From: an uncultured cyanobacterium
Lineage (GTDB): Bacteria; Cyanobacteriota; Cyanobacteriia; Cyanobacteriales; Cyanobacteriaceae
DNA length: 64,000 nucleotides
NCBI GenBank assembly: GCA_963710605.1
Contig: CAVQBA010000004.1
Location: 1,184,001 to 1,248,000, forward strand
Reading direction: 5' to 3'
Positions 41,608 to 51,738 of this stretch are shown piece after piece; the first letter of the stretch is position 1, and the number at the start of each line of letters is the position of its first letter. Position numbers and translations under genes: made by a program. The notes beneath the pieces were generated by a model. That model was not told the origin of the DNA. It ran no database searches and saw only the letters and a list, made by a program, of their open reading frames with translations.

Positions 41608-42909
41608 TTAATATTTCCAAATACGCTCTATTCTAGATTGTACGTCTTCAACCACCGTAGGAAATAAAACAATTTGAGACGAACTTATTATTGAAACAAT
41701 GAATAAATATAATAACAATCGATAAGGTATTTTATGATTTTCGATCGGTATAGGGGCAGTTTTTATTTTTAGAGGAATTTGATAAATTTCAGTCGAAGCG
41801 TTAGATGTTAATTGTAAACAACGTTCGTAAGTTTTTCCAGCCATTAAATTACTTGTATCCACCATGATTTTACATTTTAAATCATTACTCTTAAATTCCT
41901 TGTATTCAACATCAATCCAATTATGACTATCGTTATTGATAGTATCTGAAGGATGAGACATCACCTCAAATTCTCCTTGTAATACGGTGTCTGGAATTGA
42001 ATTATTAATCTCAATTTGATAACTCAGTTTTTCACCTAATTTCTCCGCCTTCAAATTTAACTCTGTTTCGCTTAATATTATTTCTGGTGTTCTAATTACA
42101 TACAAAGGTTGCAAATTTTTCAGTGCAGTTTCGGCATTTTGATAACGATTAATCGGATTTGGTTCAACCATTTTTTCTAGCCATTTAACAAAATTAGAAT
42201 TGTATTTTGAAGCTAGTTGTTTAAATTTAATTTTATTAGTTGAAAAATCAATTAATTCGCCTATTTTTCCCGATCGAGTTTGAGTTATTAAGCAAATCAA
42301 ACTAGCACCTAAACCATATAAATCTGAAGCTTCACTTAATTTTTGTCCATGTAATTGCTCAGGGGGCATAAAACCTAATGTGCCTCCTTGAATACTACTT
42401 AAGTTCATTGTATTGTTACCGACTCTAGCTAAACCAAAATCGATTAAGTAAGCTTGATTATCATCGTCTATTAAAATATTTTCTGGTTTAATATCTTTAT
42501 GTATCACCGCTGGTATTCTTTGTTGTAGATAAACAAGAATTTCTAACAGTTCAACGGCTATACTTTTTATATCTTCAGGAGTGAAACTACGAGGAATTGA
42601 TAATGGTTGAGCAGAAATATATTCTTGTACTAAACACAAACCATCACCAGAATCAAATTGAGTTAAAAATTTAGGAATACCGTGATGATGTAAACTTTTT
42701 AAAGCATTTATTTCTCTTTCAATTTCTTTGTAGCCATCCCACACTTTATTAGCGAAGGTAAACTGTTTAATAACTACTATTTTTTCTGTTTCAATATCGA
42801 TAGCTTGATAAGTAACTCTACCACCATGAATATTATATTGTAGTTCTTTTACAATCTGATAACCGTAATTGGTAAAGTCAGGTAGTTGTTTTGTATTGTC
42901 TAAATTCAT
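41608..42909 (-). CDS. Hanks-type Ser/Thr protein kinase with C-terminal beta-rich domain and TM
   Basis: VVIKQF, HKDIKPEN, LIDFGLA, GTLGFMPPEQ, SDLYGLG. Confidence 0.92.
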   Translation of the reverse strand: MNLDNTKQLPDFTNYGYQIVKELQYNIHGGRVTYQAIDIETEKIVVIKQFTFANKVWDGYKEIEREINALKSLHHHGIPKFLTQFDSGDGLCLVQEYISAQPLSIPRSFTPEDIKSIAVELLEILVYLQQRIPAVIHKDIKPENILIDDDNQAYLIDFGLARVGNNTMNLSSIQGGTLGFMPPEQLHGQKLSEASDLYGLGASLICLITQTRSGKIGELIDFSTNKIKFKQLASKYNSNFVKWLEKMVEPNPINRYQNAETALKNLQPLYVIRTPEIILSETELNLKAEKLGEKLSYQIEINNSIPDTVLQGEFEVMSHPSDTINNDSHNWIDVEYKEFKSNDLKCKIMVDTSNLMAGKTYERCLQLTSNASTEIYQIPLKIKTAPIPIENHKIPYRLLLYLFIVSIISSSQIVLFPTVVEDVQSRIERIWKY

Positions 42910-42980
42910 AACGATCGATTTTAAACATTTTTAGACTTGAGACTTATTATAACTAAAATTAATTTAGATTAAGATAAATT

Positions 42981-44186
42981 TCAAGCAACACTACATACTA
43001 GCTTTTTTTCGGTGACAAGATATTTATTCACTAAACTGTATAATTCTGGTTGAGAAAAGGGTTTAGTTAGATAATGGGTTGTACCAGCTATTTGCCCTTT
43101 GAGTTTATCGACTAAAGTATCTTTTCCTGTGAGCATAATTATCGGTAATTTTTTGAAGCGTTCCATATTACGGATTGTTTTACACATTTGTAAACCGTCA
43201 ATATTTGGTAAACCGACATCTAATAACACTAAATCTACTTTGGTTTTATTTAAGATTTTTAATCCTTCGATCGCATTAGTGGCAAGTATAATATTATATT
43301 GATTGCCTAAAAATTTTTGAATAAGATTATGCACCGTTGGGCTATCATCTACTGTCAAAATTGTCATTCGACGATCGTTAATAACCTCTTTTTTACTTTG
43401 TAATTGCTCGGTGCGATTTTTGTTATCATCAGTTTTTTGTTGTGGAAATTTAATCCAACCTTTCTTAGCCCAATTAAAATAAAAATTAGCAATTTTTAAA
43501 GCATCTTGATCAATTTCTTGAGCAATATCAACTAAAGAATTTTGATTATTAATCCATTTTTTTATATGTTGTAAAATCTTACTTTGATCAATTTTATCAA
43601 CAATATTTTTATCTTTACTTAAATGCGGTATAGCTTCCATTGAATAAATGTAAGTTTGTAAAGATTTCCATTGTTTTTGCCGACTCTGAAGATTTTTAAT
43701 TAAACTAAGAATATTAAAACCATGATGATCTTCACCAAAGGATAAATCAAAATTAAGTGACTGATTTAAACTTAATTTGCAGAAATAAGGAAAGACTTGT
43801 TCTAATGCTCTAATTGTTTGATCATAAACGTACTCTTCTATCTCTTTCCATTTAAACAGACGCATTTGAACTAAAATATCTAATAGTTCTCGTATAGAAG
43901 ATTGATTAACGGCTTTATTTTTCGCTATTTTTAAAGCTACACTAATCAAATTTGGTTTATATTTTTTCCCAATTTTAGTAATCAAATCATCTTGAGTTGG
44001 TATTTCATCTCCTGCGTAAATTATCTCACCATGACGCAATACCAATACTTTAGTTCGAGTTTTTGTCGCTGATACATTTGCTTCGATCGATAAAGTACCA
44101 CTAATTTTTTGATGCTGTAGTTTTAATAAATACTGACCAAAATTAGTAGTTTTGACATTCTTATCTTCAAAATCGATCGCTTGCAT
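42981..44186 (-). CDS. PatA-family response regulator (PATAN/DUF4388 + receiver)
   Basis: N-terminal SG.L..., L..GEI.YA; C-terminal VDDS, LLDV.LP.IDG, MLTG, YLTKPF. Confidence 0.88.
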   Translation of the reverse strand: MQAIDFEDKNVKTTNFGQYLLKLQHQKISGTLSIEANVSATKTRTKVLVLRHGEIIYAGDEIPTQDDLITKIGKKYKPNLISVALKIAKNKAVNQSSIRELLDILVQMRLFKWKEIEEYVYDQTIRALEQVFPYFCKLSLNQSLNFDLSFGEDHHGFNILSLIKNLQSRQKQWKSLQTYIYSMEAIPHLSKDKNIVDKIDQSKILQHIKKWINNQNSLVDIAQEIDQDALKIANFYFNWAKKGWIKFPQQKTDDNKNRTEQLQSKKEVINDRRMTILTVDDSPTVHNLIQKFLGNQYNIILATNAIEGLKILNKTKVDLVLLDVGLPNIDGLQMCKTIRNMERFKKLPIIMLTGKDTLVDKLKGQIAGTTHYLTKPFSQPELYSLVNKYLVTEKKLVCSVA

Positions 44187-44618
44187 TAGCTTTTTCCTTT
44201 TAATTCTACAAGTAAAAACAAAACAAAATTAATTTGAATTCAATTCAATCATTACTTAAAACAAATTAATTAAATTTTAACTAAATACTATTATGAAAAC
44301 CAATTGTGGAGATTTTGTGGAGATTTTTCTTGGCTGTAATATTTATTTAATAAAATTAGATTTAAATTTTAATAAACTATATTTTTCTTTACAATTATTA
44401 ACATTATAATTAACGGTAATTAGCAGATAAAAGCATTTTATTCAGATTATAATAGCATCACCTAAATCATCATTTTTCCTAAAAATATTATAATATAGAC
44501 TCACGATCGTTCAAGGTAAATAGCATAAATATTTTTAAGTTTTTTTTTGGCTTAAAACAATTAATTTATTAACCAAAATTGTTTATTTATTTAATTCGAT
44601 TTAGTTTTATTTTCAATA

Positions 44619-44726
44619 TATAGCATTTCCCAGATTTATGAGGTACAGTTCATATTTGTAAGTCCCCCTTTACAAGGGGGATTTAGGGGGATCGCTCTGT
44701 ACTTTATAATACTAATAATTGCTATA
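44619..44726 (+). mobile_element. MITE-like repeat family B, copy 3
   Basis: TATAGCATTTCCCAG..TATGAGGTACAG..AAGTCCCCCTT..AAGGGGG..GCTATA. Confidence 0.8.
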
Positions 44727-45181
44727 TTTTTAATCAGTATATTATAAGTTTATCAAAGTTCAAGTCCAGTAATACGAATCTTTTAACAGCCTATATCACA
44801 AAAAGAGTTTATCTTGTTTTGATTAAGTTAACCGTAAATAATTATTATTAATATCCCAATTAAATTTGAACTCTATTTTTGTCAGATAATTGAATTAATA
44901 ATTTTAAACTGATGTCATATAGAAAGAAGATAATGATTAATTAAAGCATTCTATCTCTTTTAAGAAAATAAAATATATCTATATTTTTCCTCAAGCTAAC
45001 TACTCAGTTCTATATAGAAACGTAAATTATAGACTAATGAATGATGATAGTATTAATTTAGAAATATTTCTTAATTAAAGAAAAATCAAATTGAGGAAAC
45101 AGAAGTTAAAACACTAATTAGAGTCGCTAAATATGCTAAAATAATTGCTTGTGAATCTTCATTTTCTTTTGACCCAAATTT

Positions 45182-47518
45182 ATGAATTCGAGTATTGATT
45201 TTCTTAGTCAACTAAATTTGTCTCAACGTAAAGCAGTAGAACATTATTGTGGTCCATTATTAGTTGTTGCAGGGGCAGGTTCGGGAAAAACAAGAGCATT
45301 AACGTCTCGAATAGCTAATTTAATTTTGACTCACAAAGTAGCACCAGAGAATATCTTAGCCGTCACCTTTACCAATAAAGCGGCGAAAGAAATGAAAGAA
45401 AGGATAGAATTAATTTTTGCTCAACAAATAGCGCAAGAAAAGCATGGGCAAAAACTAGAAGTATTAGATCAATTAATTCAAAACAAAATTAAATCTCATG
45501 TTTATCGGCAAATTATCAAGCCGCTTTGGGTAGGTACATTTCATAGTTTGTGTGCCAGAATTCTACGTTACGATATTAATAAATATCAAGATGAAAAAGG
45601 ACGTAGTTGGCAAAAAAACTTTACAATTATGGATGAGTCAGATGTCCAAACTTTGATCAAACAAATTGTCACGAAAAAGCTCAATCTTGATGATAAAAAA
45701 TTTGAACCTCGTAAAATAAGATTCATTATTAGTAATCTCAAAAATATTGGTCTTTCTCCACAACAATATGCTAGAGAAAATGTTGATTATAAAGGTAGAG
45801 TAATTGCCGAGATATATGAAGAATATCAAAATCAATTATGTTCTAATAACTGTCTTGATTTTGATGACTTACTTATTATTCCTGTGCGCTTGTTTCAGGC
45901 GAATGAATCGATTTTGGGTTATTGGTATCAGAAGTTTAATCATATTTTAGTTGATGAATATCAAGATACAAATCAAATTCAATATCAGTTAATTAGACTT
46001 TTATCTACTAATAATGAACCAGAGAAAAAAGATTGGCAATGGCAAAATAGGTCAGTTTTTGTAGTAGGAGATGCTGATCAATCTATCTACTCTTTTCGCA
46101 TGGCTGACTTTACGATATTGTTGAATTTTCAGCAAGATTTTGGTGATGGTTTACCTGATGAAACTACCGAAACGATGATTAAATTAGAAGAAAATTATCG
46201 CTCTAAAGAGAATATTTTAGAGGCGGCAAACTGTTTGATTGAACATAATAGTCAAAGAATAGATAAAGTTTTAAAGGCAACTAGAGGAGAAGGCGAAAAT
46301 ATTTATCTTTATCGAGCAGATAACGAAAGGCAAGAAGCTAGTTTTGTTTGCCGACAAATGAAACAATTAATTAGAGAAAATTCTGAGTTAAATTGGGGTG
46401 GATTTGCTATTTTATATCGGATTAATTCTCAATCAAGAGCGATTGAAGATGAGTTGATTAGTAAAAATATCCCTTACAATATTGTTGGTGGTTTAAAGTT
46501 TTACGATTGAAAAGAAATTAAAGATACTTTAGCTTATCTAAGATTAATTATTAATCCGGCGGATACAGTTAGCTTATTAAGAATTATCAATACTCCGAAA
46601 AGAGGCATCGGTAAAACTACTGTCGATAATTTAATTGATGCCGCTCAACAGTTGAATGTACCTTTATGGGAAATAATTAATGATCAAACATCAGTTAATA
46701 CCTTAGCATCAAGAGCGGCTAAAAGAATCAATCAATTTGCTCAATTAATTAGTGATTGTCAAAGTAAAGTTAAAGAATATTCAGCCGTCGAGATAGCCAA
46801 TTACGTGCTTACGACTTCTGGTTACTCAGAGGATTTAAAATCTCAAGGCACAGACGAAGCTGATAACCGTTTAGCTAACTTAAATGAGTTAATTAATGCT
46901 ATGTCACAGTTTGAGCAAGATGACGAAGATTCAAGTTTAGAAGGTTTTTTAAGTAATGCTTCTTTAGCCTCAGATTTAGATAATCTAGAAGAAGATAATC
47001 AAGCTGTTTCTTTAATGACTTTACACTCAGCTAAGGGTTTAGAGTTTCCTATTGTCTTTTTAGTCGGTTTTGAGCAAGGATTATTACCTCATAATCGTAG
47101 TTTACAAGATGCGATGGAGTTAGAAGAAGAAAGACGCTTGTGTTATGTTGGTATTACTAGAGCCAAAGAACAGTTATTTATTAGTCATGCTAAAGAGAGA
47201 TATTCCTGGGGAAATGTTGATTATGCTTCTCCATCGCAGTTTATCCAAGAGTTACCTGAGCATTTATTAACCACAAGTGTCTCATCTGCTTCTATGATTA
47301 GGAAAAAAACTATTATATCTGATGCCGAGTCAGAAATTGAACCTATATCGAATACTCATGATTGGCAAGAAAACGATCGAGTTTTTCATCCTAATTTTGG
47401 TGTCGGGGTGATTACTCATTTATTAGGAATAGGTAAACGCAATACGATCGTTGTACAATTCGAGGTAGGTAGAAAAATTATTAATCCTAACCATACTAAA
47501 CTTGAGAAAGTGGAATAG
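45182..47518 (+). CDS. pcrA: PcrA/UvrD DNA helicase with in-frame TGA at 46508-46510
   Basis: AGAGSGKT, TFTNKAA, VDEYQD, VGDADQSIY, ENYRS, KFYD*KEIKD read in frame into 46652 ORF with TLHSAKGLEF, EERRLCYVGITRA. Confidence 0.92.
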
Positions 47519-47571
47519 CTATGAGTAATTAATACTATTTACTCAAAACACACCTTACTTTTTGCTTAGTA

Positions 47572-48036
47572 TTATTCATCGATATAGAAACGATAGAAGA
47601 AATAATCATCTCTAAAATCATGCTCATCAGCGACATGATGAATAATTTTTAAATCGATTAATTCTTGTCCTAATCTAAGGGCTTCAGGTTTAGATAAACT
47701 ATATTTAGCTTCTATCCATTTTACAACCTCGTTTCCTACAAAACACTGAGGATACGATGTGAGTCTGTATCTTCTGTCTTTGATTTCTATACCACCATCA
47801 CTACGCAAATCATTAACTAAAGTCATAATACGTTCATCGTATAAATCGATTAGTTGATTATTTTCTATTCTAACGAGGCTATTTTTCAAATATCCTTCTA
47901 ATTTATCATAACTACTTCCAGAATGTTCACTTAACCAATTTTGAGTTATTTTTAATGATTCTGTGGGTGAGACTTTGAATCTCATCAATAACAGTGCGAG
48001 TATTTTTTCTTGTGTTTTCTTGTTTTCAACCATCAT
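47572..48036 (-). CDS. DEP-domain protein
   Basis: IEIKDRRYRLTSYPQCFVGNEVVKWI..EALRLGQELID..IIHHV.DEHDF.D.Y.FYRF. Confidence 0.8.
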   Translation of the reverse strand: MMVENKKTQEKILALLLMRFKVSPTESLKITQNWLSEHSGSSYDKLEGYLKNSLVRIENNQLIDLYDERIMTLVNDLRSDGGIEIKDRRYRLTSYPQCFVGNEVVKWIEAKYSLSKPEALRLGQELIDLKIIHHVADEHDFRDDYFFYRFYIDE

Positions 48037-48328
48037 GACGCTGATTTATTGAGTTTTTATTTATCAGTAATAGCCAAAAAAAACTTAGATTATCAGTTCA
48101 AATCATTTAAGGTAGATAAATTAGTTTAACGATTAATAATGTTCAAACTATAATTAAATTTACTATTTTTTAAATGAAAATGACAGTATAATCTTCAAAA
48201 ACTTGACTAATGTTTTTACGAACTATAAATATAATATAATATCGAATAATGAAAATTTTCTGAAAAAAATCTGAAAACCCTATCATAAATACACGATCGA
48301 GAATTGATGATTATTAAATATCGATTAG

Positions 48329-48745
48329 TTATTGGTCGATCGCTTTAGTGTAAAATTGTCGAATAGTTTGAATCATTTGTTCAATTACAGACTTACCACC
48401 TTGAGATTCAGGATCAAAATCTTGTAAACGACTAAGTAGCTTAGCTTCTTGGATATCAATATCACCATCACTATAAACTAAAGCACTAATCGATTCTAAT
48501 AATTCTTGATAATCTTCAAGAGTAGGATTTTTACCCAGATAATCTTCTAACCATTCATAACATTGGTTAGAAGTAACGGGTTTTATTCCTGAAAATAAAG
48601 ACTTAATATCAGGATCATCTTGTAGATTATATTCACTAACTTTAGTTGTTAAATATTCTCTTTCTTCTGATTGGATAATACCATCAATCCATGCTGTACC
48701 AATTAAGATTTTGATTAATTGTTTTGTTTTTTCTTTGTTCGACAT
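48329..48745 (-). CDS. TerB family protein
   Basis: LIG.AWIDG.IQ.EER, LVYSDG.I...EA.LL. Confidence 0.8.
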   Translation of the reverse strand: MSNKEKTKQLIKILIGTAWIDGIIQSEEREYLTTKVSEYNLQDDPDIKSLFSGIKPVTSNQCYEWLEDYLGKNPTLEDYQELLESISALVYSDGDIDIQEAKLLSRLQDFDPESQGGKSVIEQMIQTIRQFYTKAIDQ

Positions 48746-48747
48746 AA

Positions 48748-50088
48748 TTAATTTCCTTTGACTAATTTGACCATAAAAAATCCATCCATATTATCTGTAG
48801 GTGGAAAAATTTTTACTATTCCTTTTGATATTATCGAAAAATCCTCTTCTCGTTCATTACTTTTTATATCTAACTGCCATTGAGGATGGTTTTTTAAAAA
48901 TTGTTCCACGATATCCTCATTTTCAGCTTGATTTAATGTACAAGTAGAATACACCAAAACACCACCGGGGCGTACCCATCCAGACGCATTTTCTAAAATC
49001 TGCATTTGTAATTTGGTTAGATTATCTATTTGTGTTGGTTTTTTTTGCCAACGAATATCAGGATTTTTGTGTAGTGTCCCCAAACCAGAACATGGTACAT
49101 CAACTAAAACTCGATCGGCAAAACCTTTACCTAAGTCTAAACTGGTACTATCACCTTCGTGTATTTTAATCGAACTTAACTTTAATCGATCGTAATTTTG
49201 TTTTATTTTTTCTAACCGTTTCGGGTAACAATCAACAGCAATGATATTACCCTTATCACTCATTAATTCAGCTAGATGAGTTGTTTTACTTCCGGGGGCG
49301 GCACAGGCATCGACAATAGTTTCACCTGATTGTGGATTAAGTATCAAGCTTGTAAGTTGAGCACTAGCAGATTGAATACTAAATAAACCCTGTTCAAATT
49401 CAGGTAAATTCGTTATGTTTCCTCGTGATTGTGTCATCCTTAATAGTTGAGGAAAATTAGTAACTGTACTAGTGGTAATACCTTTATCTAATAATTGAGA
49501 TTGTAATTCCTCGGTAGTTATTTTAAGGGTATTAACTCTTAAATCTAAATGAGGAGATTGGTTAAACCACTGCAATAATTTTTCAGTTTCCTCACGAGAA
49601 AATTGCTCAGCGAACAAAGTAACTATCCAATCAGGAAAACTATATTTAACTCCTAATTGAGGTATATAAGTATTCGGTAAAACCAAACAATCATGATTAT
49701 CTGCCGATTTACGTAAATACGATCGTAAAATACCATTAACTACCCCCGCAATTTTAGTCATCCCGTTTTGTTTAGCCAAATCAACACTAGTGTTAACCGC
49801 CGCTGAAACAGGAATTTTATCAAGATAACGTAGTTGATATAAACCTAGCTGAAGAATAATCCTTAACTTTAAAGGTTGTGCTGAGGCTTTTTTAGTTGCT
49901 AACTGATTAATTAAGCTATCAAGAGTGCGTTTTCTCCTAACTACACCATAAACTAATTCTGAAACTAAATTACGCTCAACAGCACTAATAGAAGTTTGAG
50001 TTAGGTGCTTTTGTAAAGCAATATCTGTATAAGCTTTTTTTTGATATATATCTTGTAAGATTAAATACGCTAACTGACGAGAAGCCAT
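48748..50088 (-). CDS. rsmB: 16S rRNA m5C967 methyltransferase (start corrected to 50088)
   Basis: NusB-like N-terminus (ELVYGV.R, VNGILR), DACAAPGSKT, DVPCSG.G, YSTCT, DGFF. Confidence 0.93.
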   Translation of the reverse strand: MASRQLAYLILQDIYQKKAYTDIALQKHLTQTSISAVERNLVSELVYGVVRRKRTLDSLINQLATKKASAQPLKLRIILQLGLYQLRYLDKIPVSAAVNTSVDLAKQNGMTKIAGVVNGILRSYLRKSADNHDCLVLPNTYIPQLGVKYSFPDWIVTLFAEQFSREETEKLLQWFNQSPHLDLRVNTLKITTEELQSQLLDKGITTSTVTNFPQLLRMTQSRGNITNLPEFEQGLFSIQSASAQLTSLILNPQSGETIVDACAAPGSKTTHLAELMSDKGNIIAVDCYPKRLEKIKQNYDRLKLSSIKIHEGDSTSLDLGKGFADRVLVDVPCSGLGTLHKNPDIRWQKKPTQIDNLTKLQMQILENASGWVRPGGVLVYSTCTLNQAENEDIVEQFLKNHPQWQLDIKSNEREEDFSIISKGIVKIFPPTDNMDGFFMVKLVKGN

Positions 50089-50090
50089 GG

Positions 50091-50169
50091 ATAATAAGTA
50101 ATGAGTAAGAAGTAATAAGTAAGAAGTAACAAGTAAGAAGTAACAAGTAAGAAGTAACAAGTAAGAAGT
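50091..50169. repeat. Long heptamer tract (AAGTAAN)x11, filling the glnT-rsmB spacer
   Basis: aagtaat/aagtaag/aagtaac units; alternating G/C gives a 14-bp superperiod. Confidence 0.9.
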
Positions 50170-50185
50170 GTTAATTGCTAATTTC

Positions 50186-51490
50186 CTAACAATCGAGGGT
50201 ATTTTCTAATTCCCAATTGGTAATATAGTTACTATATTGATCCCATTGTTGATACTTCAATTTAAGATAAGAATTGACAAAAGATTCCCCAAACATTTTG
50301 TTGAAGACAGAACTTTTTTCTAAACAACGTAAAGCATCTAATAAATTAGCAGGAAGACTATCGGCTTTTGGCAAATCATCAGTTTGAGTATAACTATTAT
50401 AATCCGATCGTTCACCCGGATCAGTTTGATTTATAATACCATCTAAACCAGCGGCAATAATTGAAGCAGGAAGTAAATAAGGATTAGCCGCCCCATCAGC
50501 CAAACGAAATTCAAATCGACCTAAATCAGGAATACGAATCATATGGGTACGATTGTTACCAGCATAACTAATTGTATTCGGAGACCATGTAGCACCAGAT
50601 ACTGTCACAGGTGCATTAATCCTTTTATAAGAATTAATCGTCGGGTTAGTAAAAGCACAGATTGCCTTCGCCGATTCTAAGACACCACCAATGAAATGAT
50701 AACCTAAGCTTGAAAGTTCTGTTTCTCCCGTCATATCTTCAAATAAATTAGTTTTACCTGTGCTATCCCAGACAGAAACATGAGTATGACAACCGTTACC
50801 CGTCAGATTAGCAAACGGTTTGGGCATAAAACTGGCTCTAAAACCATGTTTACTAGCGATCGATTTCACCATATACTTAAAAAAAGCATGACGATCAGCA
50901 GTAACTAAAGCTAGGTCATACGTCCAATTCATCTCAAACTGTCCATTAGCATCTTCATGATCATTTTGATACGGTTTCCAACCAAAAGATAACATCGCAT
51001 CACAAATCTCACTGATAACGTCATAACGACGCATCAAAGCTTGCTGATCATAACAGGGTTTACTACTACGATCACGTGAATCAGAAACTTCATGCTCATC
51101 ACCAGACAGTAAAAAATATTCGCATTCTACCCCTGTTTTGATGGTATAGCCCATCTCTTGGGCTTGCTTGAGTATTTTTTTGAGTAATAGTCGTGGAGTC
51201 TGCATTACAGGCTCTCCATCCATACCATACAAATCCGCTGGCATCCAAGCTACATCAGGTTGCCAAGGTAATTGAAACAGACTATTTCGATCGGGTATAG
51301 CTAATACATCAGCATCCGCCGGAGTTAAATCTAACCATGCCGCAAAACCAGCAAAACCTGCCCCTTCATCCGCCATTTCATCGATACTTCGGGCTGGAAC
51401 TAATTTTGCTCTTTGCACACCAAACAAATCGGTAAAAGAAATTAAAAAGTAACGAATTCCACGATCTCTTGCAATATCAGATAAAAGCAT
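50186..51490 (-). CDS. glnT: Type III glutamate-ammonia ligase GlnT / gamma-glutamylmethylamide synthetase-like
   Basis: RYFLISFTDLFGVQRAKLVP, GAGFAGFA, KPCYDQQALMRRY, YQNDHEDANGQFEMNW, SGATWSPN, NNRTHMIR. Confidence 0.85.
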   Translation of the reverse strand: MLLSDIARDRGIRYFLISFTDLFGVQRAKLVPARSIDEMADEGAGFAGFAAWLDLTPADADVLAIPDRNSLFQLPWQPDVAWMPADLYGMDGEPVMQTPRLLLKKILKQAQEMGYTIKTGVECEYFLLSGDEHEVSDSRDRSSKPCYDQQALMRRYDVISEICDAMLSFGWKPYQNDHEDANGQFEMNWTYDLALVTADRHAFFKYMVKSIASKHGFRASFMPKPFANLTGNGCHTHVSVWDSTGKTNLFEDMTGETELSSLGYHFIGGVLESAKAICAFTNPTINSYKRINAPVTVSGATWSPNTISYAGNNRTHMIRIPDLGRFEFRLADGAANPYLLPASIIAAGLDGIINQTDPGERSDYNSYTQTDDLPKADSLPANLLDALRCLEKSSVFNKMFGESFVNSYLKLKYQQWDQYSNYITNWELENTLDC

Positions 51491-51498
51491 TTTATTTT

Positions 51499-51553
51499 TA
51501 GGTGTTAAGTGTTAAATGTTAGGTGTTAGATGTTAGGTGTTAGGTGTCAGGTT
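51499..51553. repeat. Heptamer tandem repeat (TAGGTGT)x7, degenerate
   Basis: taggtgt taagtgt taaatgt taggtgt tagatgt taggtgt taggtgt caggt. Confidence 0.9.
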
Positions 51554-51738
51554 TTAGCTTACCAAAATCCTACGTCGGATATGAGCAAAACATACACTCT
51601 ATTAAATGATTCAATTATTGAATACGAGTAACTCATGACTTATTACTCACTATACTTTGAGAACTTATCTATACTAGAAGACAAGTTTAATCCCAATTTG
51701 TCATTACAATTACTTTTAAGTTGAAGATTGATTAAGTT

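Noticed and set aside
34913-46510. Genome-wide TGA reassignment or selenocysteine
   Set aside because: TGA is a normal stop elsewhere (e.g. cugP 32036-32038); the expected residue is Arg, not Trp or Cys
50089-50160. N-terminal extension MLLLTCYFLLVTSY.. of RsmB in the ORF track
   Set aside because: It is a translation of the heptamer tract; the real start is ATG at 50088
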